Of a stretch of DNA of 64,000 bases, positions 1 to 12,106 are shown in pieces; the stretch's first letter is position 1; each line of letters begins with the position of its first letter. Both the position numbers and the translations under genes were made by a program. Source of the stretch: Camelus dromedarius (lineage: Eukaryota); the NCBI RefSeq assembly GCF_036321535.1, contig NC_087436.1:54996001-55060000 (forward strand), given 5' to 3'. A model generated the notes under the pieces. That model did no database searches. It saw only the letters and a list, made by a program, of their open reading frames with translations, and was not told the origin of the DNA.

Positions 1-719
1 GTTTCTAACCAGTTTGTCCTGTCCTCAATTGCTGTGTCATTACTTCAGTGGTTGTGCCCTGCTCCCTTCCCTCCTGTCTCATTGAGGGTCCTTCACATGA
101 AACAATATATTGGGCTATTAAAGAAGTAACACATTTAGAAGTGCAAAAATAGTTCCCCCCAACTGTATACAGTGTTTAAAAACAAACAAAAAAATAGAAA
201 TGACTAGCCATAATATATTATGACAACTTCTGTTATATACCTATAAATTAAATGCAATTAATCTTTGGAGGGGATCACTGGAAGAAGTTTTTGAGTTTAG
301 TATCTAACTTTGTAGAATTTTTAAGAAAGGTAACTGAGAATATTCTAACTAGGCCTGCATAAATAATGTTTGCACTTATAATAAAGATGCTGCTAGACAG
401 CAGGATCAGTAAATCAGCCGCCAAAAGCATGTGTGCCTTAGGTGTCCGGCGCATAGTAAGCTCTGGAGAAGGGATATTGCAATGACTTACGCATTCAGAC
501 TTTCACTCAACTTTTGCTCAGTTCCAGTGATGACAGTTTATCCCAAATAGAAAAGCTGTTCTATCCAAACAAGAGTAAGGTGCCCTAGAAAGTGTTCTAA
601 TGGCTCGGTACAACTTCATATTGACAGCTGGTAACAGTAGACATACAGTTTCCTGCCACATCTGAATCCTCAGTATGTATGGAATTATTTTACTTACTAC
701 CAATCATTTCTACTTTATA

Positions 720-872
720 TCCCAGTGGTATTTACTATGACATTTTTATGACTTCCTCCCAAGTAGGCTGTTAGCTCTTGAACATGAAAGCCAGGAGTCA
801 TTTATTCTTGTGCCCTCTGCACCTAGCAAAATGCTTGAACGTATGATGGATACTCTAGAAATGATGAATGAC
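720..872 (+). mobile_element. LINE-2 3' end fragment
   Basis: 'aggctgttagctcttgaa...tttattcttgtgccctctgcacctagcaaaatgcttg...tgatgaatga' resembles the L2 3' terminus. Confidence 0.65.
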
Positions 873-1219
873 TAACATGACCCTAATTCCAATACCAAAA
901 TTTTTCATTCTTCCTTATGTCCAAAGGTCATTCTTGTCATTTGGATGAACGGCTGAATTCCTGTATTATGTGTGCTTTGTTAGGGTCCCTGACAAATATC
1001 TCCGTTCCCTTGGTCTCAGATTCCTGCCTTGCTCCCCTTTGTCCTCCGGGAAACTAGAATAGAGATTAGGAATTGCCCTCAAAATTGCTATGAAACTTTT
1101 ATTGAAACACTTAATATACTACTGTATCCCTTTACACAAGAATCTACTGCTGTATCCCTTTATTTTCATGAATGTGCTCACAGGAGAGTATCACTGAGGC
1201 TCTGACATCAGTTAAACCT

Positions 1220-1750
1220 CCACTTTGTGCCAGTCACTCTTAGCTGCTATGTTAGTTTACTAAGGCTGCCATAACAAAATACTACAGAGTGGGAGGCTTA
1301 AACAACAGTAATACATTGTCTCACAGTTATAGAGGCAGAAGTCTGAGATCAAGGTACTGCTGGATTGGTTCCTTCTGAGACCTGTGAAGAAGAATCCGTC
1401 TCATGCTTATCTCCTAGCTTCTGATAGTTTGCTGGCAATCTTTGTCCTTTCTTGGTTTGTAGAAGATAAGGCGCTTTCTGCCTTCATCTGCCTTTCTACA
1501 GGACATCATTCTGTTGGAGTAGGGGTCCACCCAACTCCAGTATGACCTCATCTTAGTTTAACTAATGATATCTGCAACAACCCTACTACCAGATAAGATC
1601 ACATTCTGAGATACTGAGGGTTAGGATTCCAGTATGAATTGTGGAGGGACACAATTCAACCCATAACAGTTTCTGTGTATACTTTATGTTATCTAGTCCT
1701 CACAACAACCCTATGAGGTAAGTGTATTTCTCTTCATTAGATAAGAATTT
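1220..1750 (-). mobile_element. MIR SINE, split by the MLT1 LTR at 1248-1668
   Basis: 'tgtgccagtcact' lies left of the LTR and 'tcctcacaacaaccctatgaggtaag' right of it; together they match the reverse-complement MIR core. Confidence 0.6.
1248..1668 (-). mobile_element. MaLR solo LTR (MLT1B/MLT1C-like)
   Basis: Starts 'tatgttagtttactaaggctgccataacaaaatac' and ends 'ggacacaattcaacccataaca', matching both MLT1 termini in reverse orientation. Confidence 0.85.
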
Positions 1751-3629
1751 TCTGTGGCTTCTGTCTAGACAGAATTTTCAGGTGACATGGCCATGCTTGT
1801 GTTTGGAAAATGTATTTTTTTCTTATTCACAGACCATCATAAAATCAGCTTCATCAGTAGAACTCCAGTCTGACTGTGAACTCCAGCTATGAACTTTTGT
1901 GGTTATGTTTTTATTTATTATTTATTTTCTCAGCTACACAATTGCTTTGTGGTCAATTGTGTGGGTAATTGGATGACTAGATATCTGAGATATAAGAATT
2001 TTTCCTGGGAAATCATGCCAGCTGACCTCTACCTATACTTCTAGGTCACTTTCTCTTATTTGAGGGCCTATTTTATTTTTCATAAAGCCAGTTTCAAACA
2101 ATTCAGGTATTCTACAAGTAACATAATTATTTATTTTATATTTAAATAAAAAGGAAGTCACTAAATTTATATTTTAAGGCATATATGTTATTGATTTTGA
2201 ATATCCCTTTTCACAAGGAAAGATTTAGTGACGAATTTGTTCAAGTACTTTTTGTTCGAAAACGTAGAAAACCGTATATCATACCTATGTTGTTATTTTT
2301 CATGACTGAACTCTGTTATCTTTTGTAAACATATCCTACTTCAATTTTCCTTTGCTTTTTTATTTAATATTGAGAATATATGGAACCAATATACAGCCGG
2401 CAAAGACCTAGTGAGGCAGAGTTTTATTACAGAGCAAGAGGTTTTATCTCTAGTTGCTCAAGTTAATAACTATCGCATAGAGACAAGAAGCCACTGGAAA
2501 AAGGCTTGTATATCAAGACATGTTCCTCATGGACTACTCCAGAAGATGTTCTGCTCACAGATAGGGGTAATTGAAATCCCCTCCGACACAAAAGAGATTA
2601 CAAGCATAGCACATTTACGTATTAAGTCAGTCACACTAGAAACCCTGAAGGATTTCATCACCATAAATTTGTGTAACAGAAATTAGGTATAGAAATAGAG
2701 CAGGCAAGAACAAATCTGTGTGGCAAGGGAAGAAATCATCTATGAGCTAAAATGGAAAAAACTGCAGACAAATGCACCAGCATACTGAAAGGTGATCATT
2801 CCAACAGAGAGTGATAACAGTGCTTCCTAGGGGAGTTGTCTCAGATTCCGCAGCAGAGTCGGTATGTGGAAAGAGGAGGGATAGAGATGAGGCCAGAGAT
2901 ACCGCCCGACTTACTGTGGCTGAGAAAATTATGACTAAAACCAAAACTGTTCTGTCTCTTATTTGTAATTTGTTGTATATGTTGTATTTAAAATAACTAT
3001 TAGTGAGCTATGTACATTTTTCTTCCAGAATGTGGTAATACTAGCTTTTCGTAAGCTAATCTTTTTGTTGTTTTCTCACAAATGAGTCCAAATCTAAATG
3101 AGTGCTCCTTTATTGTTAAAAAAAAAAAAGAGGTATATAAACCAGATCACATTGGAATAAATGTTTTTAATAATTCCCCAAGTAAACATGGCCTTCTCTG
3201 ATTACTCTTCACAGAATTATTTCCAAATTAAACTATTTCCATGTTTAAATAATACCCTCATTATTCTTCTTTTCTCATATTTAATTTATTTCTCCTATAA
3301 ACGCATACCTAGATTTCCACAATAGCCCTTTAGCTGAGCTTCTGATTTCTTGTATCTTTCTCCTTTATATTAATATAGTAAGGTGTATATTGCCTAAGTT
3401 GAGGAATAAGAAAGTTATTGTAAGGGTTGAAGTGAAATAAGGTAGCCTAAAGCCCAAATAGCAGTCACACATTTAGAAATCATGGAAACCTTGAACAATG
3501 TCCTTCATCTTTCACAATTTAAGAACAGTGAGGTCCTCACCTCAATTCCTGTGGTCGCCCAGAGCAGGGACCAGCACTACTCCCTTCAGCTTCTGCCATT
3601 CCCTGACTCTCCACTTCATCTGTTGATCC

Positions 3630-5200
3630 ACACACTCAGTTAACAGATACTTGTTGAGCATCTCCTGAGTGCTGTGATTACTAGCAGGTATGGGACTCCT
3701 ACTCTCACAGAATTTATAAACTGGCTCAGGATATAGACAAGTAAATTAGAAACCATAGTTGATTTTTATATCATGTTTTAATTTTTGTTATAAATGCTCT
3801 AATGGGAATTTACAGGCTAGTAAGTAAGAGCTTATATGTTAAGGGCATCTAGTTCAGAGATATAGGGTCCTAAATAGACTTTCCAGAAGAGTGGTACTTA
3901 AACTAAGGCTCAAAGCATCGCTGGGGATATTCTGGCAATTGGAGAAAGGCAAAAGGGTGACTTCTTTTCTGACTTCTCTGAATTGGGGTAGTAGGGTGTA
4001 CAAATGCAGAGAAAATAAAGAGACTATGCTGGGGAACTGAAATGAGATTCCTTGGGTGAAGTGCATAGATGCAGGGGAGTCAGCAGTATCAGGGCTGAGG
4101 CTAGAAAGATAGAATATGAAGTTGTGCACATTCATTTCCTAACTTTCTTATGTTCTGTAAAGTGCATCACTCATGCTCCCTTGCCAGTTGGCTTCTAGGT
4201 AAGTTCAGTATGGAATGCACTAGAGTGCAGAGTAGGAGAAGGGAAGCCAGGTTGTGTTTCTTTCTTCCTTCCTTCCTTTCTTTCTTTGCAGAGGTTGCAT
4301 CTTCTTTGTGATTCCATCTTTCACCAGACCCTCCTCACCATGGTCCCAGCTCCTGTCAGACAAATTCCTGCAGAAGTTACATTTTCTTCCAGGAATTCCT
4401 GACTCTGAATTCTGATAACATTACTTATTCTCTTTATTCACACCACCCTAGAGTGGTAGTGGCTTCCTACTGTTGCCAGTTTCTGCTTTTTTCAGCATCT
4501 CCTCTGTTTCTGTTTATTTCTCGCAATTCCTTTGTAATTGTTTATTATATTCACTTTCCTCTTTTGAATTAACGTGTGGATTCTGTTTCTGATTCGAACT
4601 TGACTGATAAAAGGGCCTTATAGGCTATATTATGGTAAGAGTTATTCTGGAAACAATGGCAAAAATTACTTTAAGTAAGACTTGTGACTTAGTTATATAT
4701 CTACTGTAGAGTTATCACTTTGGCTGTTGTGTAAAGAATAAATAGAAAGGCAAAACTGGTGGCAGGAGGAATAGTTAGAATGGCTCCTGTGAAAATCTGG
4801 GTGAGAAGGGATGACCTGGGCTATGAAACCTGCAGTAGGCCTAGAGAAGTGTGAGTGGACTCCAGCCATAGAAAGAGGTGAGCTCCAGTCCTTATCAGTT
4901 CTATGAAGGGTGAGAAAAAAAAAGATGATTCAAGTTTCCCATCTTAACATCCATATGAATGGTAGTGCTATTTACTGAGACGCAAAGACGAGGAGCAGGC
5001 TGGAGAATGAGTGATAAATTCAGTGTTGGAATGCCAAGTTGGTTGTTTATGAGATATAGTAGAGCTGTGTAGTACTCCCAGGTATGACAGGCTGGAGCTT
5101 GAGAGAGAAATCTGTCCTGGAGAAATAAACAAGGGAGTCATCACCATGAAAAGTGCAGTTGAAGCCATAAAAGTAGACAGTGTTGCTTGAGAAGTTTAAA
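3630..5200 (-). mobile_element. LINE-2, degraded, interrupted by an LTR33-like element
   Basis: 'aacagatacttgttgagcatct' (L2 3' end, reverse) and purine-rich L2 body 'atcactttggctgttgtgtaaagaata...gaggaatagttagaatggct'. Confidence 0.7.
4125..4610 (+). mobile_element. ERVL solo LTR (LTR33-like)
   Basis: 'ccctagagtggtagtggcttcctactgttgccagt' and terminal 'tctgtttctga...tgactgataaa' match the LTR33 3' half; 5' boundary uncertain. Confidence 0.7.
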
Positions 5201-5484
5201 GTGGTGGATCTTAAGCTTGATCAGGTCACAGAATGATAGTTTCCCTCATATTATCATGTGTAAGCACATAGTGACCCTGTTGTAACCAAGGGAGCAGGTC
5301 AGGAGAAAGTCCTTCAAACCCCAGATTATGGGGCCTGGACTGAAAAGGCTCAGTCAACATTTCTCTCTCTCTGCTTATTACCCGAATGTCCATTTCTAAT
5401 CCACTCACAACTGTCTGTCTCTCCACCTCTCAGGTTGTTTGCTGAGGGTGCTGCTTACAGCCTGGGACAAAGACCACTGGTAGT

Positions 5485-5911
5485 CTTGTAAATGTCCCTT
5501 GCTTGGTATACAGGTGTCCCAGGCATACTACCTTTCCCAAGGAAAGAACCCTATTCCCTTCCTTGCTTGTAGTTATAGTTGTCTCCTGTGCTTAGTTCTC
5601 ATTAACAGAAAGTGAATGGAAATCATGTGAGCCATTCTAGGCCGAGACTTTTAAGAAAAACTCTTTGGTTTATGCAGTGCCTTATCTATCCCTCCTGATG
5701 GTTAGAGAGTGATCCACAATTTGGGGACAACCAAGCCACAAAGTGGAAAAGTCTTACTCTTAGAATTTCTGTGTGAAGAGAGCTTCCCATTGAGTGGGAA
5801 TGCTTGCTTTTACTTTGGACTGTTGCAGAAGTGAGATACGATTTCTGTTTGTTGAGACAAATATATTTGTGTCTATCTTTTATAGAACATTAGCCCACAC
5901 CAACTAATACA
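5485..5911 (+). mobile_element. MaLR LTR (MLT1H/I/J-like)
   Basis: 'agttctcattaacagaaagtgaatggaaatcatgtgagccattctaggccgag' and terminal 'caactaataca'. Confidence 0.65.
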
Positions 5912-6219
5912 CTGCATAATTTGTGAGTTTCTTTTACATTCTGCTTCATTCCAACTAGTCTTGCTCCATGTATCTTGCATCTAACATTTCTTGAGGGAAG
6001 GGATCCAATTGGCTTTGTAGATTACCATCTGATCAAATATTTCATTCTGACACAGATTTTCTTGCCAATCACCTGGTCCCTCTTATGCTCATTTATAGGT
6101 GACTGCCTTAAGGTTAGTCACAGATGCTTGAAATTGATTCTGTCTATGGTAATAGGGTCAAAGGGCACTACACATGGATGTGCGTATAAGCCACTCTTTC
6201 TGACCACCTTGCTGAGAAA

Positions 6220-6354
6220 ATGAGTGACCATTTGCCCCAGGTTTCTGGTGTAAAGTGCCAGTTTATGCCTCTTATTCCAATATAATCATTAAGACTACCC
6301 ACTTCTACTCTCAAAAGTCTCCCATCTTGGAAAATAAATTACATGAAATCCCTA
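6220..6354 (-). mobile_element. hAT-Blackjack MITE (MER94-like)
   Basis: 'gtgacca...ctctcaaaagtctcccatcttggaaaataaattacatgaaatcccta' matches reverse MER94 with degenerate TAGGGTGACCA terminal inverted repeats. Confidence 0.75.
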
Positions 6355-6619
6355 TTCAAAAGAGGCACACCTTTCCACAGATACTTCTCCAGTGCAAAAT
6401 AGGTTGCTGTGTGTAAACTCCATTTATATGTGCAATACTGACTGATGTTCAAATACCTCACATTTAAACCACTCCAATATTTCTAACTTGGCCCCCTCAT
6501 TTATGCAATATAATTTTTCATGCTGTCTAATAGATTTACTCCTTGTTACCTAGCCAGTCAACTAACTCTCTTCTTTGGATGTTGGATATTTCCCTACTCA
6601 ACTTCTACTTTCCTTTTTA

Positions 6620-7010
6620 TAGTAATGGCTCCCCCTCCTTCCTTGTGCAAACACTTAGCAATGTGTTTGGTCATATGGTGCTGCCTCCACCCTCAGCTCC
6701 AGGCAGTACTAATCAGAGCCTTATATTTCCCTGGCCAATCAGATCAAATGAAGGTTGGATTTATAGCCTAAGCAGCATAACTATGCAATCATAACTACTT
6801 CTAAGACTTGCTAGAGTAACAGAGAGGGAGCTGTCTCTCTCCAAGGAGAGAGGAGTGTGAAGAGAGATAGATAAATTCCTGACAGTCATATCTAAATATG
6901 AATCCAGAAGATCCTGATTCCAGACTATCCATGGAGACTTTCAGTAGTTAGCTAATAAATTAATTCATTTGACATTTAAGAGAGTCATAATATATGTCTC
7001 TAACTTGCTC
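6620..7010 (+). mobile_element. Old MaLR LTR fragment (MLT1J/K/L-like)
   Basis: 'tgctgcctccaccctcagctccagg', 'tttccctggcca', 'gactttcagtagttagctaataaatt'. Confidence 0.45.
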
Positions 7011-7334
7011 TTTTGTACCTTTGCTCATGCTGTTCCCTCAAATTGAGGAATTTTCCATTTCATTCTTTTGCCAATCCAGCTTCATTATTTTGGGATTAGA
7101 CAAAAGCACTCATCTATCTTCACAGATTCTTTCTGGACTAACTTTATTCTACTGTTATCAATCATTTACTTTGAAAACATCAGCCTTTACATACAAGTTC
7201 AAGCTGAAAGGCAACAGATGCTTGTTATGTAAAGTAACCAGAGCACTGCTATTAGGGGGAGATTAGTAGGATTCCATTATGCACAACATCCTTTCCAGAG
7301 AATTGCAACAACTGAACTAATCAGTATATCACCA

Positions 7335-8165
7335 GCGTATATCAGAACTCTTTCATTTGAACATGAGAGAAACTCAACTTGCATCAAGTTAATTAAGAAA
7401 GAATCCATTGGCTCCTGTCTCTGGGAAATGCTGGTAGAGATCTCACTGAGGGCTGGAACCAGGAGTTCAAACCAGAGCTTGTTCTCTTATTTTCCATCTC
7501 TCAGCTCTCTTTCCTTCTTGTGTTTGCTTAATGCTGCAAATATACTCTGCAAATAGTGAGGAATATGGCTGTGACTATCCTTTCAGTTTAGCAGCCCTAT
7601 CCATGAAATGCAATACTTCAAGCTAACAGTCAAATAAAAGTTCAGGGGAGAATTCTTTGAGCTTGGATCCATCCATGGAACAGTCACTGAGGTAAAGGGT
7701 ATGGAGTTCTCTCATTGGCAGGGTCTCTCTTAGCCCATATGGCTCCACAGCCTTTGTACAAATGAGCAAATGATCTCCCTACTAGGTAGAGGCAGCCCTG
7801 CAGGTAAACAGCTTGGCAAGCAGATGGAGCCTTTATGAGAATTAGAAAAAGGTGACCTTTCTCCGGGCATGTAGACCCCATGCCAAGGTACACAGCTTGG
7901 GCAGAGAAGCATGGCTAGATTTCAGGTCCCACTCACTGTCTTGGCCAGACATCCTTAGGCACAACAAACTGTATAAGGGGGCCCCCCCTCATTGGTCATT
8001 GTGGTTCATATGATCACCATTTGTTGGAGCCAGGTAATGAAGGTAGGGGTGAGATACAGGCAGGGAAAGTCACCATGACTGCATGACCCAGGTCCAGACA
8101 TATATATAGAAGGAGTGGCTCCTTAAAGGCAAAATATTAAAAAGACAACCATGCTCACTTCAACA
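7335..8165 (-). mobile_element. Old MaLR LTR (MLT1J/K-like), interrupted by a MER91-like MITE
   Basis: 'tcagaactctttcatttgaacatgagagaaactcaact...aagaatccattggctc' resembles the reverse MLT1K/J end; the sequence resumes after the TSD at 7988. Confidence 0.6.
7719..7987 (-). mobile_element. hAT-Tip100 MITE (MER91-like) with 8-bp TSD CTCATTGG
   Basis: Reverse strand reads 'gagtgggacctgaaatctagcc...ccaagctgtg...cctttttctaattc...ccatatgggcta...ccctg'; identical CTCATTGG at 7711-7718 and 7988-7995. Confidence 0.8.
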
Positions 8166-10184
8166 TTCCACTGAGATATAATTTCTCAATTTTATAATAA
8201 TTTTTAAAATTCAAAGTAGAAATTAGAATACTTTGTTATCTAACAGCTAAATAAATAAGAGAAATATGAGTATAAATCTTTTCTTATATAGAATATGCAG
8301 ATAGGCAACTTTTTTCTCTTTAATTTTTTCTTTTTTTAAATTTAATGTACGTGAAATTAACTAGCTTAATTTACAAGTAAAATAACCTTGAATTCTTCTC
8401 TTTTCAAGTATAGTGTGAGAAATTAAATGCAATGTACATAATAGCCCATCCTTGCTACCTGCTTTATTTTTTGCTTTGAAGTAAGTAGTCTCAGTGTACA
8501 GCCTGCTGCTAGGTTAATTACTTAACTAAAGGATGAGTTCCTAATGCTTGATCTCTCAAGGAGAACTCTGCCTCTCACCTTAGTTCATTAATGTTAAAGT
8601 CTGGCCCTTTCAGAGTCCCTTCTTATGACCGCTATTTTCGTATTGCAATAATATTATAATGACAGTAACAGTAAATACTTTGCTGACTGGACTATGCCCC
8701 ATCCCCAGTTGTGATTTTCACATGTCAAGCAGATTAATGTTAAGTTTACCCCCACTGTAGAATCTGATTCCCTCCTTGTGTTTAACTAGATAATTTGTTT
8801 TGTTTTCTTTCTTTCTTTTCTTTTTTGAATATGCCATTACCCATCATCTCTTTCCCCTCTATTATACTTTCAAAGCCAAAATTCCTCTTAGAGGGCTCCA
8901 TGTTTTTATAATTATATTTTTCTTGATTTTTAAAATGAATATGAACACAGAAAAATATTCACAGCTGCAAATTGGTTTCCTCAGAATATAGGTATTTTTA
9001 TACTTCTTTTTTTCAGTTGAAATATTTGCGACTTTCTACCGTGTTTAAAATATATGTGTTTTTATATCACCTTGGATCCTGTTTTCTATTTCTTTTATGA
9101 TTATACAACCTCTGAAGGAAGATATACAATAAAAGCTTGATAAATATTAAATGAATTATAGTTATATGTTAATTCTATAAATTAAAATCCTTTCACAAAA
9201 ATTATGTGAGCTTTATTGAAAACTAGTAGATCTAAAAGAAGCAACAATTTTCCCTCTGTTTAGAAAATACGAATAGAATGACATAAAAATGGAAATAATA
9301 AGTGTTGTAAAATAGACAAAAATTATACTCTCAGTGTGTTGCTTGTGATAGAAGACACTTTAGTTGAATGTCAATAAAGGTGATTTACCTGATTCACACC
9401 TGATTATGTGGTGATGTGCTACCTATTGTGAATGATAATATACAGTGGAGGTTTAGACTTAAGAGTCAGGACTAGTACAGAAGTAACTGGTTAAGTATCT
9501 GTGCCGTAGAAAATAGGACAGCATAAGGGCACTAGGAAGCTATTGCAAGGACATTAAAGAAATAAGGGGAAAGCTGTGAAAAAGGCAATGAATAGAAGAC
9601 CAAACCTTTTGCCCAAAATATTTCTTAGAACCTAAGAGTGGATATAATGCTAAAATGAAGATAAAGTAGGTAACTGTACTTTTTCATTATCTGCTTGCCA
9701 TTGTGAAAAGTTGTTTAGCAACAAAAACAACACAGAAGTGTTGAACAGTACCATTCATCAATATTCACAGATGCAGGGAATTTCATTCTGATTTTAATTC
9801 CTTATGTAAAGTAAAATTAAAAAAAATGTTTTACTAAGACCGATGATCTGTTTAAGAACTTTTAGAACTTACATTCTTAGTTCTTATCTTCTTATCCTAG
9901 TTAATTACAATTCCACTCAGATACAACCTTCCATTTCTATTATGGTTTTATAAATATTTTGTGTATGGATTGAATATCTATGTGGGATGTCTTCAAATAT
10001 TAACTGTGTTTATTGTGATGCTCGTTTGTTTCTCTCTCTTCTAACTATATTCCTAAAATAGGATCAATTTATATTAGTTAATCTATTTTAAACCTATCAT
10101 CTTCCCTAGCTTATGACATTTTGTAAAAGTCTTCATAGTATTTCACTGGACACAATATTAAAATATAAATTCAATTGCAACATT

Positions 10185-10640
10185 TAAGCAGTCTATTGAT
10201 TGTAAGGTAGGGAAATCCTAAGTCCAACTAGATTAGACAAAAAGTGTAATTTATCAGTCTAAAGAACAAAGAAAATTTAAACATCTGATATGTGAGAAGA
10301 TCAAGAATGGCATGTAGACCTCAGAAGTAAATAGAACAGAGCCTCAGATGCCCCTGTAACTGTTATTAAAATTCCATTATCTCTAGAAAGTAAGAAATAT
10401 GATTAATGACAACTTCCAAATTTCATATGGTAAAGTTGAGTTTTTTTCTCAAATTTGATATAAATTACCAGTGGACAACTACTGGCTTGACTATGACTGT
10501 GACTGTGACTCAGGTTTGCTTAACTTGGGTCATAGTACCATCCTGGGCTAGTCAAAGGGACTAAAGAACAGAGTCGTAGAAGATCATGGTTGCAACAAGG
10601 AAAGGGACGATACCAGAAAGAATGGGGCTGCTGTTGCAAT
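10185..10640 (-). mobile_element. Old MaLR LTR fragment (MLT1K/L-like)
   Basis: 'gattgtaaggtagggaaatcctaagtccaactagattagacaaaaagtgtaatttat' resembles the reverse MLT1K/L end; heavily diverged. Confidence 0.4.
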
Positions 10641-10679
10641 TCCTGAAGAATTGAGACATTAGATTAAAAATTATGATTG

Positions 10680-10785
10680 TTATATAAATTATAAGCTTTA
10701 TAAATTTAATATATAAATGTACATAAACATAAAATATATATAAATATATAAATAAAATAAATACATATATAAAATTATTATTATA
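10680..10785. repeat. AT-rich low-complexity tract
   Basis: Almost pure A/T, degenerate (TA)n/(TAAA)n. Confidence 0.8.
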
Positions 10786-11131
10786 ATCAAAGACTATCCT
10801 AATAGTAAATGGCTACAGAGTGTGTTTTAAAATACATGAAAATTTTAGAGAATTTAAAAATATCCATAAAATTACAATATATCACATTTATTAAACAGGA
10901 AGCTAAATTTAAAGCTTCAACTGAGATGCTGAAGTAAGATAGATTTTTGATATTTAATGAGTTGGATATACCAAAATGTACTAGTCATGAGAAATACTCA
11001 AGAACTAAGTTCCCTGCCTCTACCTGTTAGCGGTATAGCCCAGATTAAGAGGGAAGTTGGAGTGAAATATGGAAAGGATTTGTTGGAGAGAGGTGCTGTT
11101 ATGTCCTACTCAGTCACAAGGGAAGGGTGGA

Positions 11132-11275
11132 TAAAGTAACCAGATAAAATACAGAATGCCCAGTTAAATTCAAAATTCAGGTAAATAATAACTTCTGTAT
11201 AAGTTTATCCTAGATGCTGCATTATTTGTTGTTTATCTGAAGTTAATATTTAACGGAGAGTCTTGTATTTTATCT
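11132..11275. mobile_element. Palindromic hAT MITE (MER53-like)
   Basis: Left arm 'ccagataaaatacagaatgcccagttaaattcaaaattcaggtaaataa' is an imperfect inverted copy of right arm 'ttgtttatctgaagttaatatttaacggagagtcttgtattttatct'. Confidence 0.8.
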
Positions 11276-12012
11276 CTTAAGAGTAAAGGGACTTAATCTA
11301 ATCATCAGCCATTTAGAGGGACTTCAAAAGGACTACCCAGAGAATATGGCCACACTGGAAACTTAGAAGTTGTGCCAGACACAGAGTAAGAAGGCCAGAA
11401 TGATCTGAATAGCAGAATGGTGGCCTACTCTTTTTCAGAAGAAGAGAGGACCTGTAAGAATTGGCCATGAAAAAAAATATGGGCCACAGAAAAATGCTTG
11501 CAGGAATGGAGCCCTCTTGAATCCTGTCCAAGAATCTATGTGAGAATAGGCAGCTAGAAAGCCAAGAGTGGAGGAATGGTGGGCAGAAGGCGGAGGGGCA
11601 TGAGGAGGTAGCTGGGACAGGACAGACGTATGACAGATTGTATGGTTCACTCAGGCACTATCCAGAGGATCCCAGTAACCATTCTTGGAGGTTTCCAGGA
11701 AAGCAACTCTGAGACCAGGATTCAATTTTCAACCTATGTCAAGCTCAAAGAACATAAAGACTACCTTATCATAGTACCAGCTAATACAAATTTTCTATGT
11801 TCCATTTTTCCCAAAATCTAACACAAGAAAGACTAAAAGCTTGAGGTAGGATTATGAGCAGAATAAAGGGAAAAAGCTAATCATACCCCTTCGTGAAAAA
11901 AGAGGCTGCTGCTGGTGAGGGGTGGGGTGGTTAGGGGTTGTGGAGAAAAGTGACCAAGAACTTAACTTTTCAATGAGTCATGAAGATTTAAGCTACTGTG
12001 CTGGAAGTTTCT

Positions 12013-12106
12013 TCTTTTTTTTTTTTCAGTGACAGTAGTAGGGACTATACCCAGGATCTTGCGCATGCTAAGCATGTGCTCTACCACTGAGCTATACCCC
12101 ATCTCG
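12013..12106 (-). mobile_element. tRNA-Ala-derived SINE (camelid Vic-1-like) with A tail and 15-bp TSD
   Basis: Reverse strand: GGGGTATAGCTCAGTGGTAGAGCACATGCTTAGCATGCGCAAGATCCTGGGT...(A)n with A-box and AGC anticodon loop; TSD gtgctggaagtttct (11998-12012) and gtgctggatatttct (12107-12121). Confidence 0.85.

Noticed and set aside
8405..8486. Plus-strand exon ending GAA|gtaagt
   Set aside because: The pyrimidine-rich acceptors give stops in the frames I checked; the open 36-nt version lacks a pyrimidine tract
12030..12100. Functional tRNA-Ala gene
   Set aside because: T-loop/B-box and stems are degenerate, and it has an A tail and TSD, so it is a SINE copy
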